DNA of 63,928 bases, counting the filler, from Hyphochytrium catenoides (Eukaryota; Protista; Hyphochytriomycota): NCBI GenBank assembly GCA_900088475.1. It is 10 parts of 10 records of this genome, joined end to end, with 100 filler letters (N's around TTAATTAATTAA, not from the genome) between each part and the next. Parts side by side here need not be neighbours in the genome. Positions count along the whole stretch, not along the records: positions 34,607 to 51,080 come from FLMG01002935.1; positions 51,181 to 53,154 come from FLMG01000753.1; positions 53,255 to 55,248 come from FLMG01003992.1; positions 55,349 to 56,768 come from FLMG01001741.1; positions 56,869 to 57,872 come from FLMG01002709.1; positions 57,973 to 59,799 come from FLMG01001228.1; positions 59,900 to 62,564 come from FLMG01000870.1; 3 more parts are not named here. One strand, written 5' to 3'. The position numbers and the translations under genes are program-made. Numbering within the stretch: the stretch's first letter is position 1; each line of letters begins with the position of its first letter. Below are positions 49,678 to 61,240 of this stretch, one piece after another. The notes under the pieces were generated by a model, which saw nothing but the letters and a program-made list of their open reading frames with translations, searched no databases and was not told the origin of the DNA.

Positions 49678-50949
49678 TCAATCTCTGTCGTCGCCTTGAG
49701 TGTGGTAGCCGACACCCAGGAAGAGATCACCGCTATCGTGTGGCTCTCGCAGGGAGTTGGGAGAGGGCTCTTCCGACGTTCCACTTATCCTGCTTCTAGA
49801 TGTCCGTCTTGACCTCTCTTCATCGCGGGAGAGAGAGCGACTGTCCTCTCCATCCACTGTACTTGTCTTCTCTCTTTTCAGAGGAAAGAGGAAGGGCTTC
49901 TCTTGCTCAATTTGCTTCTCAACCTCCTGTTGTTCCATTTCTTGCTGACGTGAGACAAGGAGCAGTATCTGGCTGAGGAGAAGAAGAGAAGCTCCGCATA
50001 GGACAGAGAACATCTGTGCTTGGGACCAGGATGCGCAGTATTCAGAGAAGGCTGAGCCACAGGGGATATCTTCAGCGCCCTCCACGAAGCTAAGCGACAC
50101 GAATAGTAAAAAAAATAAAGGAGCAGCGATCGATATAAGTGTGTGAACACCAGGAAGGAGGGGTTGTACGAAAAGGCATTAGAGATGGAAGTGGGGCCCC
50201 ATCGATGAGGGCTGACGGTTGAAGCATATGCAAGAGAAGTTGAGCCCGCAAGGCCAGTATCAGACCGGTTAAGGCTATAATGATACGGCAAGACACCCGC
50301 CGAAAGCCACAGAACTCAATCAGTGAAGGGCAATATGACGGCAAAGAGAAGCTGAAGAATATGGGGCCACGTAGCCATCACCGGCCGCAGATTTAGATAT
50401 TAGCTCTCACCTTCCAACGGGGGCACAGATTCCTCCAATATCGGCCTGCGGTATAGCTGCACCACATCCATTCGCGTAAGACCGCGCAATGCCCGCAAAA
50501 TAGACTGCAATGCCAAAAGAGAAAAGTGATAAACAGAGTCCTAAGGCCAAGAGAGGATGAATAATTTCCGAGACAATCCTTTGCAGCCCTTTCTTGTTCT
50601 TCACGCTTGCGCGCTTGCTGGTAGTAGTGAAGAGAGAACGACTCTCTTTCAAATGGACTACGAAGGAGAACAAAATGATCGCGAAGGAGATCGAAGAGAA
50701 AGCTTCTAGTGCTCTCCTCCATGCGGTCCAATTCATCAGCCCGTCGACGTGTTCCTCCAGCGTCTTCGTTGCATCTTTTGCTCCGTAAAGGGAGAGAACA
50801 AGACCCGGAATGGCAAGAAGCATACATAATAGGGCGAAAATGGAGTTTCTGTAGGATGAAACGTCGGAGCACAAGATCATGCAAGAGAGGAGAAGAAAAC
50901 GGCGAGAAGAGTGCGTGTTAAATCGACGACAAGCATTCGCGATCTGCAA
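49678..50949 (-). CDS. Uncharacterised membrane protein (about 4 TM, Cys-containing loop), about 3 exons
   Basis: Three hydrophobic segments in 50407-50949, splice-compatible linker exon near 50150-50275, and a further TM plus charged tail in 49678-50100. Start uncertain. Confidence 0.55.
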
Positions 50950-51180
50950 GACACAATAGCCTACCCAGCAATTTTCTTGGCTGCGCTAGAGGAACAGAGC
51001 TGATTCCTGGTCGGCGGAGGATAAGCCGCGTGAAAGAGTGGTAAGAAAAAAAGCACAACTATTATGTCCCCAATCCACTANNNNNNNNNNNNNNNNNNNN
51101 NNNNNNNNNNNNNNNNNNNNNNNNTTAATTAATTAANNNNNNNNNNNNNNNNNNNNNNNNNNNNNNNNNNNNNNNNNNNN

Positions 51181-53154
51181 CAGAACCGCTGCTGCTGGCT
51201 ATACCGGCCCCACTCACGATGCGCAATGCACCACCCCAGCTACTACCGCCAACACCGCCCAAGACATCGACAGATCCTCCTACTGCACCTACAGTGCCGC
51301 TGCCATAGCCTCCATAAATTCTAACGGCGCCACCGAATGAGGTACTGAACCTTGTTAAACCGGCCTTCAGAGTAATGTCACCACCAACACTTGAACCGCC
51401 ATCGCCCACACTTAGTTGTATGGCACCACCGACGCCAGCCCCGGCAGAGGATCCAGTAGTTATCTCGATGCCGCCAGAGGAATCTCCCAGGGTAGCACCC
51501 GTGGATAACGTCACGCTTCCACTAACACCGCCGGTACCAGAATTAGATGTGCCAAGAACAGCATTGCCGCTGCTACCACCGCTGCTTGAACCTGAGAGTA
51601 AGTCCACATGGCCACCATAATAGCTGATTGAATCACCGCCACGCACAGTAATAGACCCCCCAGCTGCAGGACTTATACTGTCTGAGTCACCCGCAGTCAT
51701 GAGAAGTGAACCCCCATCATACCCATCGCTTGCAGCACGACCAGCTTCCATCTCTATGAGGCCCCCTTCACCATCAAAGCTGTAGCCCACAGATAGCTGG
51801 ATTCTTCCCCCCGATCCACTTGAAGCTCGGCCAGTAGAGAGAAGCAAAGCACCTGAAGATCCGCTTGTACTCAAACCACTGCTTATTTCCAGCTGACCGC
51901 TGTTCCCGGTAGCCCCAGCTTGAGCAGTTCGGATCAAAATCATGCCACTACAAGCCCCTGTCGCGTGGCCTGAAGACAAGACAATATCACCACCAGAGCC
52001 AGAGCTTGCTGACGTCAGTCCAGCTGACAGATGGATACGTCCTCCATCGCCAGTGTCTCCCGTCCCTACTGCAACGTCTATATGCCCTCCTTGCCCATTC
52101 AAAGCGGATCCTGTCCGAAGCCCAATTAGACCTGAATTGCCCAGAGTTGACCACCCTGTCCGAAGCCATATCGCACCGCTTGCGCCATTTGAAGCGTCAG
52201 ACGATAGAAGCTCAATACTACCACTATGCGTTGACCCTCCGGAACCCGTCTGGAGTTTCAGGAATCCACTTGTTTGAGTTCCGGATTCGCCAGAAACGAT
52301 ATTCACATTGCCTCCAGTACCTGCTGTCGCCTCACCTACAGACAGGGCAATAGAACCAGAATCCCCAGCTACGGAGCTGCCTGTGGATAATACGATTGCG
52401 CCAGAGATCCCAAAGGAAGCGCTTCCAGTACTAATAGTAACAGAGCCGCTTGTTCCGGCAAAACCAGCGTCAGCGCTACCAAGCGTTACGAATCCGCTGC
52501 TTGTAGCAATCCCACCACCACTACTCACCAGAATACTTCCCCCTTGGCTGCTTTCACCGCTACCGCCTCGTATCGTCACCCCTCCACCGCGACCCCCGGA
52601 ACCACTACTCCCTACTCCGCCAAAAATACCAACAGATCCTCCTGAGGATGCGCTACCACTTGTCAAGCCAGCAGTGATGGATACACTACCTCCGTCACCA
52701 GTAACACCTGGACCCACGCTCAGCCTGACGCTACCACCAACACCCAGAGAGCTTGAGACTCCGGTATGCAAGTAAATATCTCCAGAGGGTCCAGTCCTGG
52801 ACAATCCCGTCGATAGACTCAAACGCCCACTCACGCCAGTCGTACCCGAATCTTCGGTAGCCAACACTGTATTACCACTGCTGGTACCCTTGCTAGACCC
52901 AGACAGCACCCACAACCCGCCACCATTGTCTACAGTCGAAGTACCGCCCCTTATGGTCACCGAACCACCACGACCATGACTATAGCCTTCCGCATCGCCC
53001 CCTGATATTCTGACGGACCCTCCGGTCCGGTGGTCTCCGAACGCACGGCCAGACCGCACATCGACCATACCACCGACTGCATCGGTGCTGTCTCCAACAG
53101 ACAGCTGAATCATGCCACTAGATCCAGACAGCGCTGCTCCTGTAGAAAGAAGAA
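51181..53154 (-). CDS. Gly/Ser/Thr-rich repeat protein (probable beta-solenoid), internal fragment of a larger gene
   Basis: The whole 2-kb scaffold is open in one frame with a recurring 13-17 aa unit sG-x-I/V-x-L/I-x-t/sG; no start or stop within the scaffold. Confidence 0.85.
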
Positions 53155-53332
53155 NNNNNNNNNNNNNNNNNNNNNNNNNNNNNNNNNNNNNNNNNNNNTT
53201 AATTAATTAANNNNNNNNNNNNNNNNNNNNNNNNNNNNNNNNNNNNNNNNNNNNATCGTCACTCTAGCAGCTCAAGTGAGAAGAGGAGAAGCAACAGTCA
53301 GGACTTACTGCGAGTGTGGGCCTAACATAACC

Positions 53333-53878
53333 TGATGAACTTTACAGAGATGGGTGGCAATGCCTGAAGCTTCTGTATGAGCACAATCTAGATTAAACGA
53401 TAACAAAGGGACTTGGTATTGATGTGTGTGAAGATTTCTCTGAGTCATCACTCAGTCCTGAGAGCCTGGTCTGGACTCGAGATCTTTTGCTCGGCCCAGC
53501 TTCCCTCACCATCTCTCTCTCCTCTGCTGCTCCTGTGTTCTTCTGGAAATTCTTCTCACCTCCCTCTTTCCCATAACACAGGTGTACCCGTAACGTCTAT
53601 GTCCCTGAGAGCTAGGTGTGTATAGAGAGTGACTACTGTACTACTGACAACGAACATAGTAGCACTCAACACACAGGAGCAGCACAGGAGAGAGAGATGA
53701 TGAGGGAAGCTGGGCCCAGCAAAAAGATCTTGAGTCCAGACCAGGCTCTCAGGACTGAGTGATCATTCAGAGAAATCTCAATCATATATCAATACCCGGT
53801 CCCTTTGTTGTCATTTCATCTAGATTGTGCTCATACAGAAGCTTCAGGCATTGCCACCCAGCTCTGTAAAGTTCATCA
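53333..53878. repeat. Inverted pair of ~207-bp high-identity repeats, probably two opposed copia LTRs (53333-53539/53578 and 53671-53878)
   Basis: Arms are reverse complements (tgatgaactttacagag...tgctcctgtgt versus acacaggagca...ctctgtaaagttcatca). On the minus strand the left copy reads TGTTATGGG...TTCATCA and is followed by GGTTATGttaGGCCCA, which resembles the copia half-tRNA PBS GGTTATGGGCCCA. Confidence 0.8.
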
Positions 53879-55248
53879 TTGGTCATCCGAGTCTTCAGAG
53901 TACTGTTCACTGTTTGAATAATCACTGCGTTTGGAGTCTTGGACTTGATCACTTGCTTGGTGCGTTCCTAAGGAAGAATGAGTTTTGTGATCTTCTCCCT
54001 GGGACTGATTCCCCACGGTATTCCCTGCGATATCATTTGGGTCGGGGTTGTCAGAGTTCTCCCCAAGCTCCTCAAAAATATTTTACAGCACTGAGTCGCT
54101 CTCAGTAGACCAGCGTGATCCGTCCCACTCGCTGCGGTTGCTTCAACAAAGACAACATCTCAACGCTCGATGACAGTCTGAGTCCCAAAATCGTATAGCC
54201 GATATGCTTTTAGGTGAGAATCATAACCCACGAGAGCGTATTTCTTCGCCTTCGGATCCAGCTTGCGGCGGTCCCGCTTTGGGACAATGCCAAACGAGAC
54301 ACAGCCGAAAACGCGAAGATATCCAATATCTGGCGGGCTACCAAACCACTTCTCATGCGGTGTCAGTCCATCTAAAGCAAATGTAGGGGTCTTGTTGCTG
54401 ATGTAGACTGCCGTCTTCAGTGCTTCCGCACAATTTGTGCGGAAATTCTGAAGCGAGGAGCATGCATCGGGCTGATTCCACCAGAGTTCGCTGTCGGCGC
54501 TCTGCTACACCATTTTGTGACGGAGAGTATGGGGCTGAAAGCTCATGAATGACTCCCCTCTCCTCACAGCAGAAAGTCTTCATCTCCGCGGAGCAGTACT
54601 CGCCGCCTCTGTCACTTCGAAGTTTCTTCAGTCGCAAACCAGTTTAAAGTCGCTTTAAGCGTAGACCAGTCTGTGTTTCAGCCATCTGGACGAACGTTCG
54701 CAGCGCTGCCATAACCTCACTTTTCGTCTTCAAACAGTACAAGAAGACTCTGCGAGAGTAGTCATCGACAAACACAACATAGTAGCGATAGCCTTCCAAG
54801 TTGGGCACGCTGACAACCCCAACGTCGGTGTGTACAAGCTCCAGTGGTTGAGTACTTTGTCCACTGGACTTCTTCGGAAAATGCTGTCTGGTTAAGTTTT
54901 CCGATCGCACAGTCTTGACAGAAGTCCATTTGAGAGTTGCTTGAGAGTCGAATGCCCTTGGCGGACTTAGCCAGTAGACGGACATCCGATACGTGAAGAT
55001 GTCCTAAGCGTCGGAGCCACAGAGTCATGGACTTCTGGGAGACTCCCTTTGTGGGTTGATCCGTGGAAGTGGTGCATAAGGAGTTGTCGTCTTTCTGGTG
55101 CACAGGCTCTATGGTATTGCCAGTGGCATAGAAGAGGTTGCCAATCTGTGTACCGATGTGTGTAAAGGGCGGGTCGCTGGAGTACTTCCACCAATCCTGT
55201 TGGTCCTCCGGAGCAAGATAGTAGACTTTCCCTTCGTCTTGAAAAAGG
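53879..55248 (-). mobile_element. Degenerate Ty1/copia pol fragment (GAG-pre-integrase and rve integrase)
   Basis: LW.RRLGH...C..C..GK, PLELVHTDV, YYVVFVDDYSR, LRSDRGGEY, PYSPSQNGVAERRQRTLVESARCML; broken by frameshifts and stops. Confidence 0.95.
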
Positions 55249-55348
55249 NNNNNNNNNNNNNNNNNNNNNNNNNNNNNNNNNNNNNNNNNNNNTTAATTAA
55301 TTAANNNNNNNNNNNNNNNNNNNNNNNNNNNNNNNNNNNNNNNNNNNN

Positions 55349-56239
55349 TCAAGGGCATTAATAAAGGCCGCAAATGCAGCTGCAGGCTTTGCAACTGGCT
55401 TATTATCTTTACCCTTCTTAGTGCGCGATTTCCACCCCGCCGGACGACGATGAGCATTGGCCTCCAATGCCCAACATAGTTCTGCACGATGGGTCCTCCC
55501 ATTGCAATGAGGACAAGGATGGCGTCTTCCTTTCCGGGATCTCCTTTCTGAGGATTCGGGCGTTCGGTGTGATAAGCTCTTCTTTCACCAGTAGTAGCCT
55601 CCTGCTGCGCAGCTACAGCTCTACGGCGATTAATCTCATTGATGGGAATCTTCCACTTGATCAGCAGTCAGAGTGCCAGTGCCGCGGACCTGAATTGCTT
55701 CCACAGTGCCTCCAGATGATACTGGCAACCCCATTAGGATGGATGCAATGAGGAGCTTGTCACTGAAGTCTTCGTTGGTCATCATCTCTTTGAGCAAATT
55801 GCATTGTCTGCGTTGCTCATTCATTATGGTTCTTAGATCATCTCCATCCCTATGTTTGTTGGTAAGGAAAGAGATGAGGGTTGTCACAATATTGTTGACA
55901 TTGCGGCTCTCGAACTCCTCTTGCAATTCCAACCATCCCTCCCTGGCAGTTCCCTTCCTTGGTAAGAAGCGCACGAGGTTGTCAGACACGGCAAGGACAA
56001 TCTTGTTGTAGGCCTTCTTGTCATCCCTGAGCCATTTCGAGTCCTGTTCACGTCCTGCGGTTTTCTTGTCCTCCTTTTTGGTGTCCGCTGTAGAGGCTCC
56101 AGAGGGTTCCGGATCCGTAATGTGTGTCCAGTAGACCTAGCTCGTCTAGATAGGCTTCCATTTTGATACTCCAGATAGGGTAGTCATCTCGTCCTTGAAG
56201 CTTGTTGATGGATAGAGCGCCTGAGGGCTGAGAGTCCAT
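55349..56239 (-). mobile_element. Degenerate Ty1/copia gag
   Basis: INKLQGRDDYPIWSIKMEAYLDELGL (copia gag N-terminus), TAREGWLELQEEF, ILMGLP, and zinc knuckle CPHCNGRTHRAELCW...RPAGWK near 55430-55515; frameshifted. Confidence 0.9.
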
Positions 56240-56873
56240 GTTTTTCCAAAAGTAGAGCGGATACGCGAGTTTTGACTGCAGAATCGGAATCTCCGTAAAA
56301 AACTGGGTATTCCGATAAATCTTGACAATCTTTTTGACAAATGTCAAAAATGGTGCTCCAAATGGTGCCAAATAAGGTATATTTCACAACTCACACTGGT
56401 ATAATTGGCACGATTTTGTGAATTAAGAGCTTTTGGCTGTCAATTCACAAAAGTGTCAAATATGGTCAATTACTGTCAAATATCCTGTCAAAATATCGGG
56501 ATAATTGACAGAACATTGGCGATAATTGACACAAAGATGGTAAATTCACTCGTTGAGTGTGGATTCACAACTGGGATGGTAACGGCAATGGTCTTCGGGT
56601 TCCGATCCTGGAGAAGAGTTGGATACTCCAGGGGTGGTCTTGGTCTTGATCCTGGAGGAGAGTTGTGGTCTACTGATTTACTCGAAGTGAGTTGAAGAGC
56701 TTATGGGACCCTGTTTCCTAGTTATCACGTTGTCTAGTTGTTCTGGAGAGTAATTGTGTCTCGTATAANNNNNNNNNNNNNNNNNNNNNNNNNNNNNNNN
56801 NNNNNNNNNNNNTTAATTAATTAANNNNNNNNNNNNNNNNNNNNNNNNNNNNNNNNNNNNNNNNNNNNCTCAG

Positions 56874-56986
56874 AGGTAGCATGCTACCTGTCCTGAAAAA
56901 AATGGGTCCCATCACAACTCTCATGCTACCGATTTTTAGGACGTTAGCCGCTCTAATCGGTAGCATGCTACCGTGCCCGTGCTACC
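56874..56986. repeat. Cluster of GGTAGCATGCTACC palindromes
   Basis: Perfect 16-bp palindromes at 56874-56889 and 56958-56973, plus TGCTACC half-sites near 56924 and 56980. Confidence 0.8.
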
Positions 56987-59900
56987 AAAAAAAGTCTCGA
57001 TGGGAACGACCCTCAGAACTGAAGTGTATTCTTCCTCTTTATAGGCAGCTGGACCTTTCTCTTGTTTGCCTCGCGGTGTTTGAAGTTGATGGTGATGACT
57101 TTTTGTGGTTGGTGGTTCACCTCCTCCTCCTTCTCCCCTGATTATCACTGGAGAGATCAACTTATGATTCTTCTTTTACTTTTACTGATGATGAGTGTGG
57201 AGGAGAGCGGGCTGAGGCCGAGACCAAAGCGTTAATTATAGCTTTCCTCGCTTCTTCTTCTTCTTCTTCTTCTTCTTCTTTTACTTCTTCTTTTACTCCT
57301 TACTTTATCTTAGTTATAGTAGTAGTAGCTATCAATGATTATAGATTATTACCTACAAGTAGTTTCTTCTTTCTTCTTTATTTATAAATAAAAAAAATGG
57401 TGGCTTGTTATGCGGTGTGTGTTATTTTTATCTATGACGATAAGGAAGAAGAAGTGAATGAAGAAGAGAAGGAAAGAGAAGGAAAGAGAAGAAGGAGAAG
57501 AAGAAGGAGAAGAAGAAGGAGAAGAAGAAAGAGAAATGAGGAGGAGACGAGACCTACAAAAGCTCTGGACTCTTCGACGCGTACCAAACATCAACAATGA
57601 TTCTTCTTTTACTGATGGTGAGCAGGGAGCAGGTTCGAGCTGAGATGAGGGAAGAGCCTAAGGCTTCTTTAGCTTTTCTTCTCTTCTTCTGCCTCTTCTT
57701 CTTCTTCACTTTCTTCTTCTTCTAGAATTAGTCTGTTAGTAGCAATACTAGTAGTTCTTCAATATGATTCTATCCATATAACAAAAACCGCTCCTCCCTA
57801 AAAAAAAGGAGGGTGTCGTTGATTGTGTGGGTCACCTGGTGAAGCTTCAATGTGATCGCTCCGCCCTTGATGNNNNNNNNNNNNNNNNNNNNNNNNNNNN
57901 NNNNNNNNNNNNNNNNTTAATTAATTAANNNNNNNNNNNNNNNNNNNNNNNNNNNNNNNNNNNNNNNNNNNNAAGAACAACCACAAAGAGTCAGATGAAA
58001 GAACGTGAGAGAAAAGTTTGATCCTCAACATTAACTTGCTCGTAGCTGGGCAGTGGCTTGATCAAGTTGCTTTCAAGTGGCTACAAGAGGGCAAACCATA
58101 TGAGAGGTCACGGGCCGTGAAGGTGAGATTTGAGGTTTGACGCAAGAATCACCAAGCCAAGAAGACGACAGCAATATCACTCTAAACGTGAAGCTGATGC
58201 CCTCCTACCTGTCCAGTGAGCGGCCACCAACAAGACAGGAGTATGACCCTACTAGAATAATAGTACTCTTTGTCCCAAATGACGAAAGCCTCTCAAACCG
58301 ACTCGCCTGGCAGAAACGCCTTTGTCTTACCACCAGGCGTCCACGGTACTTGATCGAGACAGATCCGACCAGAGGAGTAAAGGATACAGCTGTGCTAGCC
58401 ACGCCCTTTGGCTTTCCTCACGCACGCACATGGCCAATCCACTCTCCAGGAAAAAGCGAGCGAAGAATTGCCTCTAGAAGAGACGTTTTTAGACTCCTGT
58501 CTAACGATTAGGACCTATCTCACTCTCTTCATCAAACGCCAGCGGCTGGCGCTCTTTGCCTCGCACTCATTATGGTGCTTCTTTTCTTGGTCGCTCCTCT
58601 TGTTCAATTATTTCCTAATGACTCTTTCTCTGTCTCTTCCCCTCATGACCCTCAGAGATGGACTACCCCCAACAATGTAATTACAATCCCCATCATGATT
58701 GCCTTGGTGCACCTTCTCCGCTCCCATCATAATTCTACCTTCTCCGATCTCCTTGCCGAGATACACCACAGATATAATTGCCCATCAGTTTCTCATGTTA
58801 TGTAGATAGGCTATCGGCTTCTGACCTACTAGCGAGGAGTAGCTACAATGGCTGCCAAGAGTTGATCGACAAGCACTAACACTGCGTCTGAGGCAGTCAC
58901 CTGGTAGGATAAAACCCATGGTCAGCGTTACCCTGAGGAAGGTACAAGAACGAAGGGGATTAGTAGCGAGGGGATAAGGAGTATGCTAGAGACCAGTCCG
59001 TCTGATCGCTTATGGCGACCGTCATCCTTCCGTATTCGACACCGAGAGGCCTAAAATGAAGACAGTGCAGCACGTGGAATATAATCCATCGACCTTAAGT
59101 TACTGTGGCTGCTTGTTGAGAGTTGTATTACGGCTGATTCGCTCGTCGATCATCTCTCGGTCGTCCATTAGATGGCGGCGTTCGACACATTTGCAAGGAC
59201 GTGTGAATGACGACTCCAAAGGAACGTCCGTTACAAGGACAGGCAGAGGTAATCTGCAGGGACACCCCATCTGGCTGAGCTGCCAACGTTGTCCGGCATT
59301 TCTCATTCACGCCAACATTGACAAGCGACCTAAAGTTAGCTAAATAGCCATCATGTCCGTTTTCCGCTGCTTGAGGCAGTAGATCCTGGCATCATCAGGC
59401 TGAGTCAGAACTCTTGAACCTTCTACTGTAAGTCTTTCGATGTCCAGTCCTCTTACATCATTTCCACCACTTCTCTTCCTCTTGCTCAGACACTCGCTTC
59501 CCGTTATCCCCGTTTCGCTCACTTATGGTCTACCCTCCTCCTCATCACATCCCAGCTGGGAGCACGGCTCCACATTCTTTCCATTTCGCCTTCTTATATT
59601 TGGACCTTCCCTTGTTGTCCTAGATAATGGATAACAACTCTTCATGTTCTTCCTGGATTTGACTCAACCTGAGCTACCCTTCCTCTTCTCACTTGGTAGC
59701 TTTATTGCCGTCCTATATCTATGCAAGGATCATATGAACTTGGTGACCCATACGTTTGCTAAGATTGGCTGCAACCCCTGTGACCCCCTAGCAATCAAAN
59801 NNNNNNNNNNNNNNNNNNNNNNNNNNNNNNNNNNNNNNNNNNNTTAATTAATTAANNNNNNNNNNNNNNNNNNNNNNNNNNNNNNNNNNNNNNNNNNNNC

Positions 59901-61240
59901 ATTCACTTCGCTTTAGTTCTTGGAGCAACAACTTGCCCTTAGCGCCAAAGTTCATGATAGAATAGCCGTGTTGGGAAGTCAGCTCATAATCGACAGTAGG
60001 CAACCACTACCAAGCTAGTAAAGGGGCAGCAAGATTCTCTTAAGCCGTGATCATAACACTGTGCCAACTTTCTATCCCTCACTCCGAGCTCATCTCTCAG
60101 TACTTCCGATGCTCAACGGCGCCTATTATGGGCGATGCCGCCCGCGGAGCTCGCTTGGCGGCAGAACAGCAGAGAGGCAGACCGAGAGCGCGGCCAAAGT
60201 GAAGGAGCGCAATTTGCCAATAAATTCTGCAGATGGTCCAGTTCCCGCCACCCCCAAACATAGTAATACCTCTTATATGACACAAAACCCTGACAGGGAA
60301 GCATATTATTGTGACACTTCCCGCCAAAGTCCCATAATTCAAAAAAGGCTCTTCAAGTACTCCTGGAGAGCCTCTGGAGCGTGAAGATGCATGAGAAGGT
60401 GAGAACCCTTGGCACAGCCTGTAACGGTCCGTAAGATAGATAAACATTGCGGATGCCGCACCAACAGGAAGCTTAATTAATGCTCAAGACGGCTATTGGA
60501 GCCATTGCAGCGCTGCTACAGGCTTATTCCTCCTCTACTCAGCATGCTACCCGGCGCAGATGCCTCTCGCGCCTACCACTCCACGCTCCAGCTCTGAACG
60601 GCACGGGGAGAGTGGGAAGTTGGATAAGGTTGATGGTAATCTCATTGATGTTGCTAGATGGGGCAGACGATTGCTAGAATGGCAGGTACAACGATATGAG
60701 TATATTTCGAAGGCAGTAACATGCTCGAAAGGGAGAGGATTTTGCCAACACGCGCCGTCCTTGCTGCCCATTTATGCCTACAAATATCTTTTAGCCAATT
60801 TCCTTAAGCTTCCTGGTTAACTGCTTCGTAAGGAGTCACCTCAGAAAGTATTGAGTCTCCTCAAGTGGAACGGCAGCGTGGAAGACTTATGAGCTTCCAG
60901 GGTCGTCCTTGTCCTCCATCGGCCCCTTCCGGCAGGACTCCGCTCCTGCTGGAGGTAAGCCACAGGTGATAGCGGACGCCAGTGATAGAGGACGCCGGTG
61001 GAGTCTGGAGTATGCTACTACCGTCTCCAAGCGAAGTTTTGAATCTTTCATTTGCAAGTATCTCTGTCCATCGGTCGTCCTTCACACTATGATCCCTCGT
61101 CTTCAAAGTCGTCCTCGTAGTCTTCAGATGATGAAAGGTAAGTTGACAACGGTGGAAGAGAAAGAGAAGGATGTCAGTCCCTAGACAGTGGAGAGAGGGA
61201 ACTTGGAGATCGAGAAGGCTTTCGCCAGTTGACGCTACAT

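Noticed and set aside
53255-56768. Treating the gag scaffold and the integrase scaffold as one contiguous element
   Set aside because: Order and strand are compatible, but an artificial spacer separates them, so contiguity is unproven.
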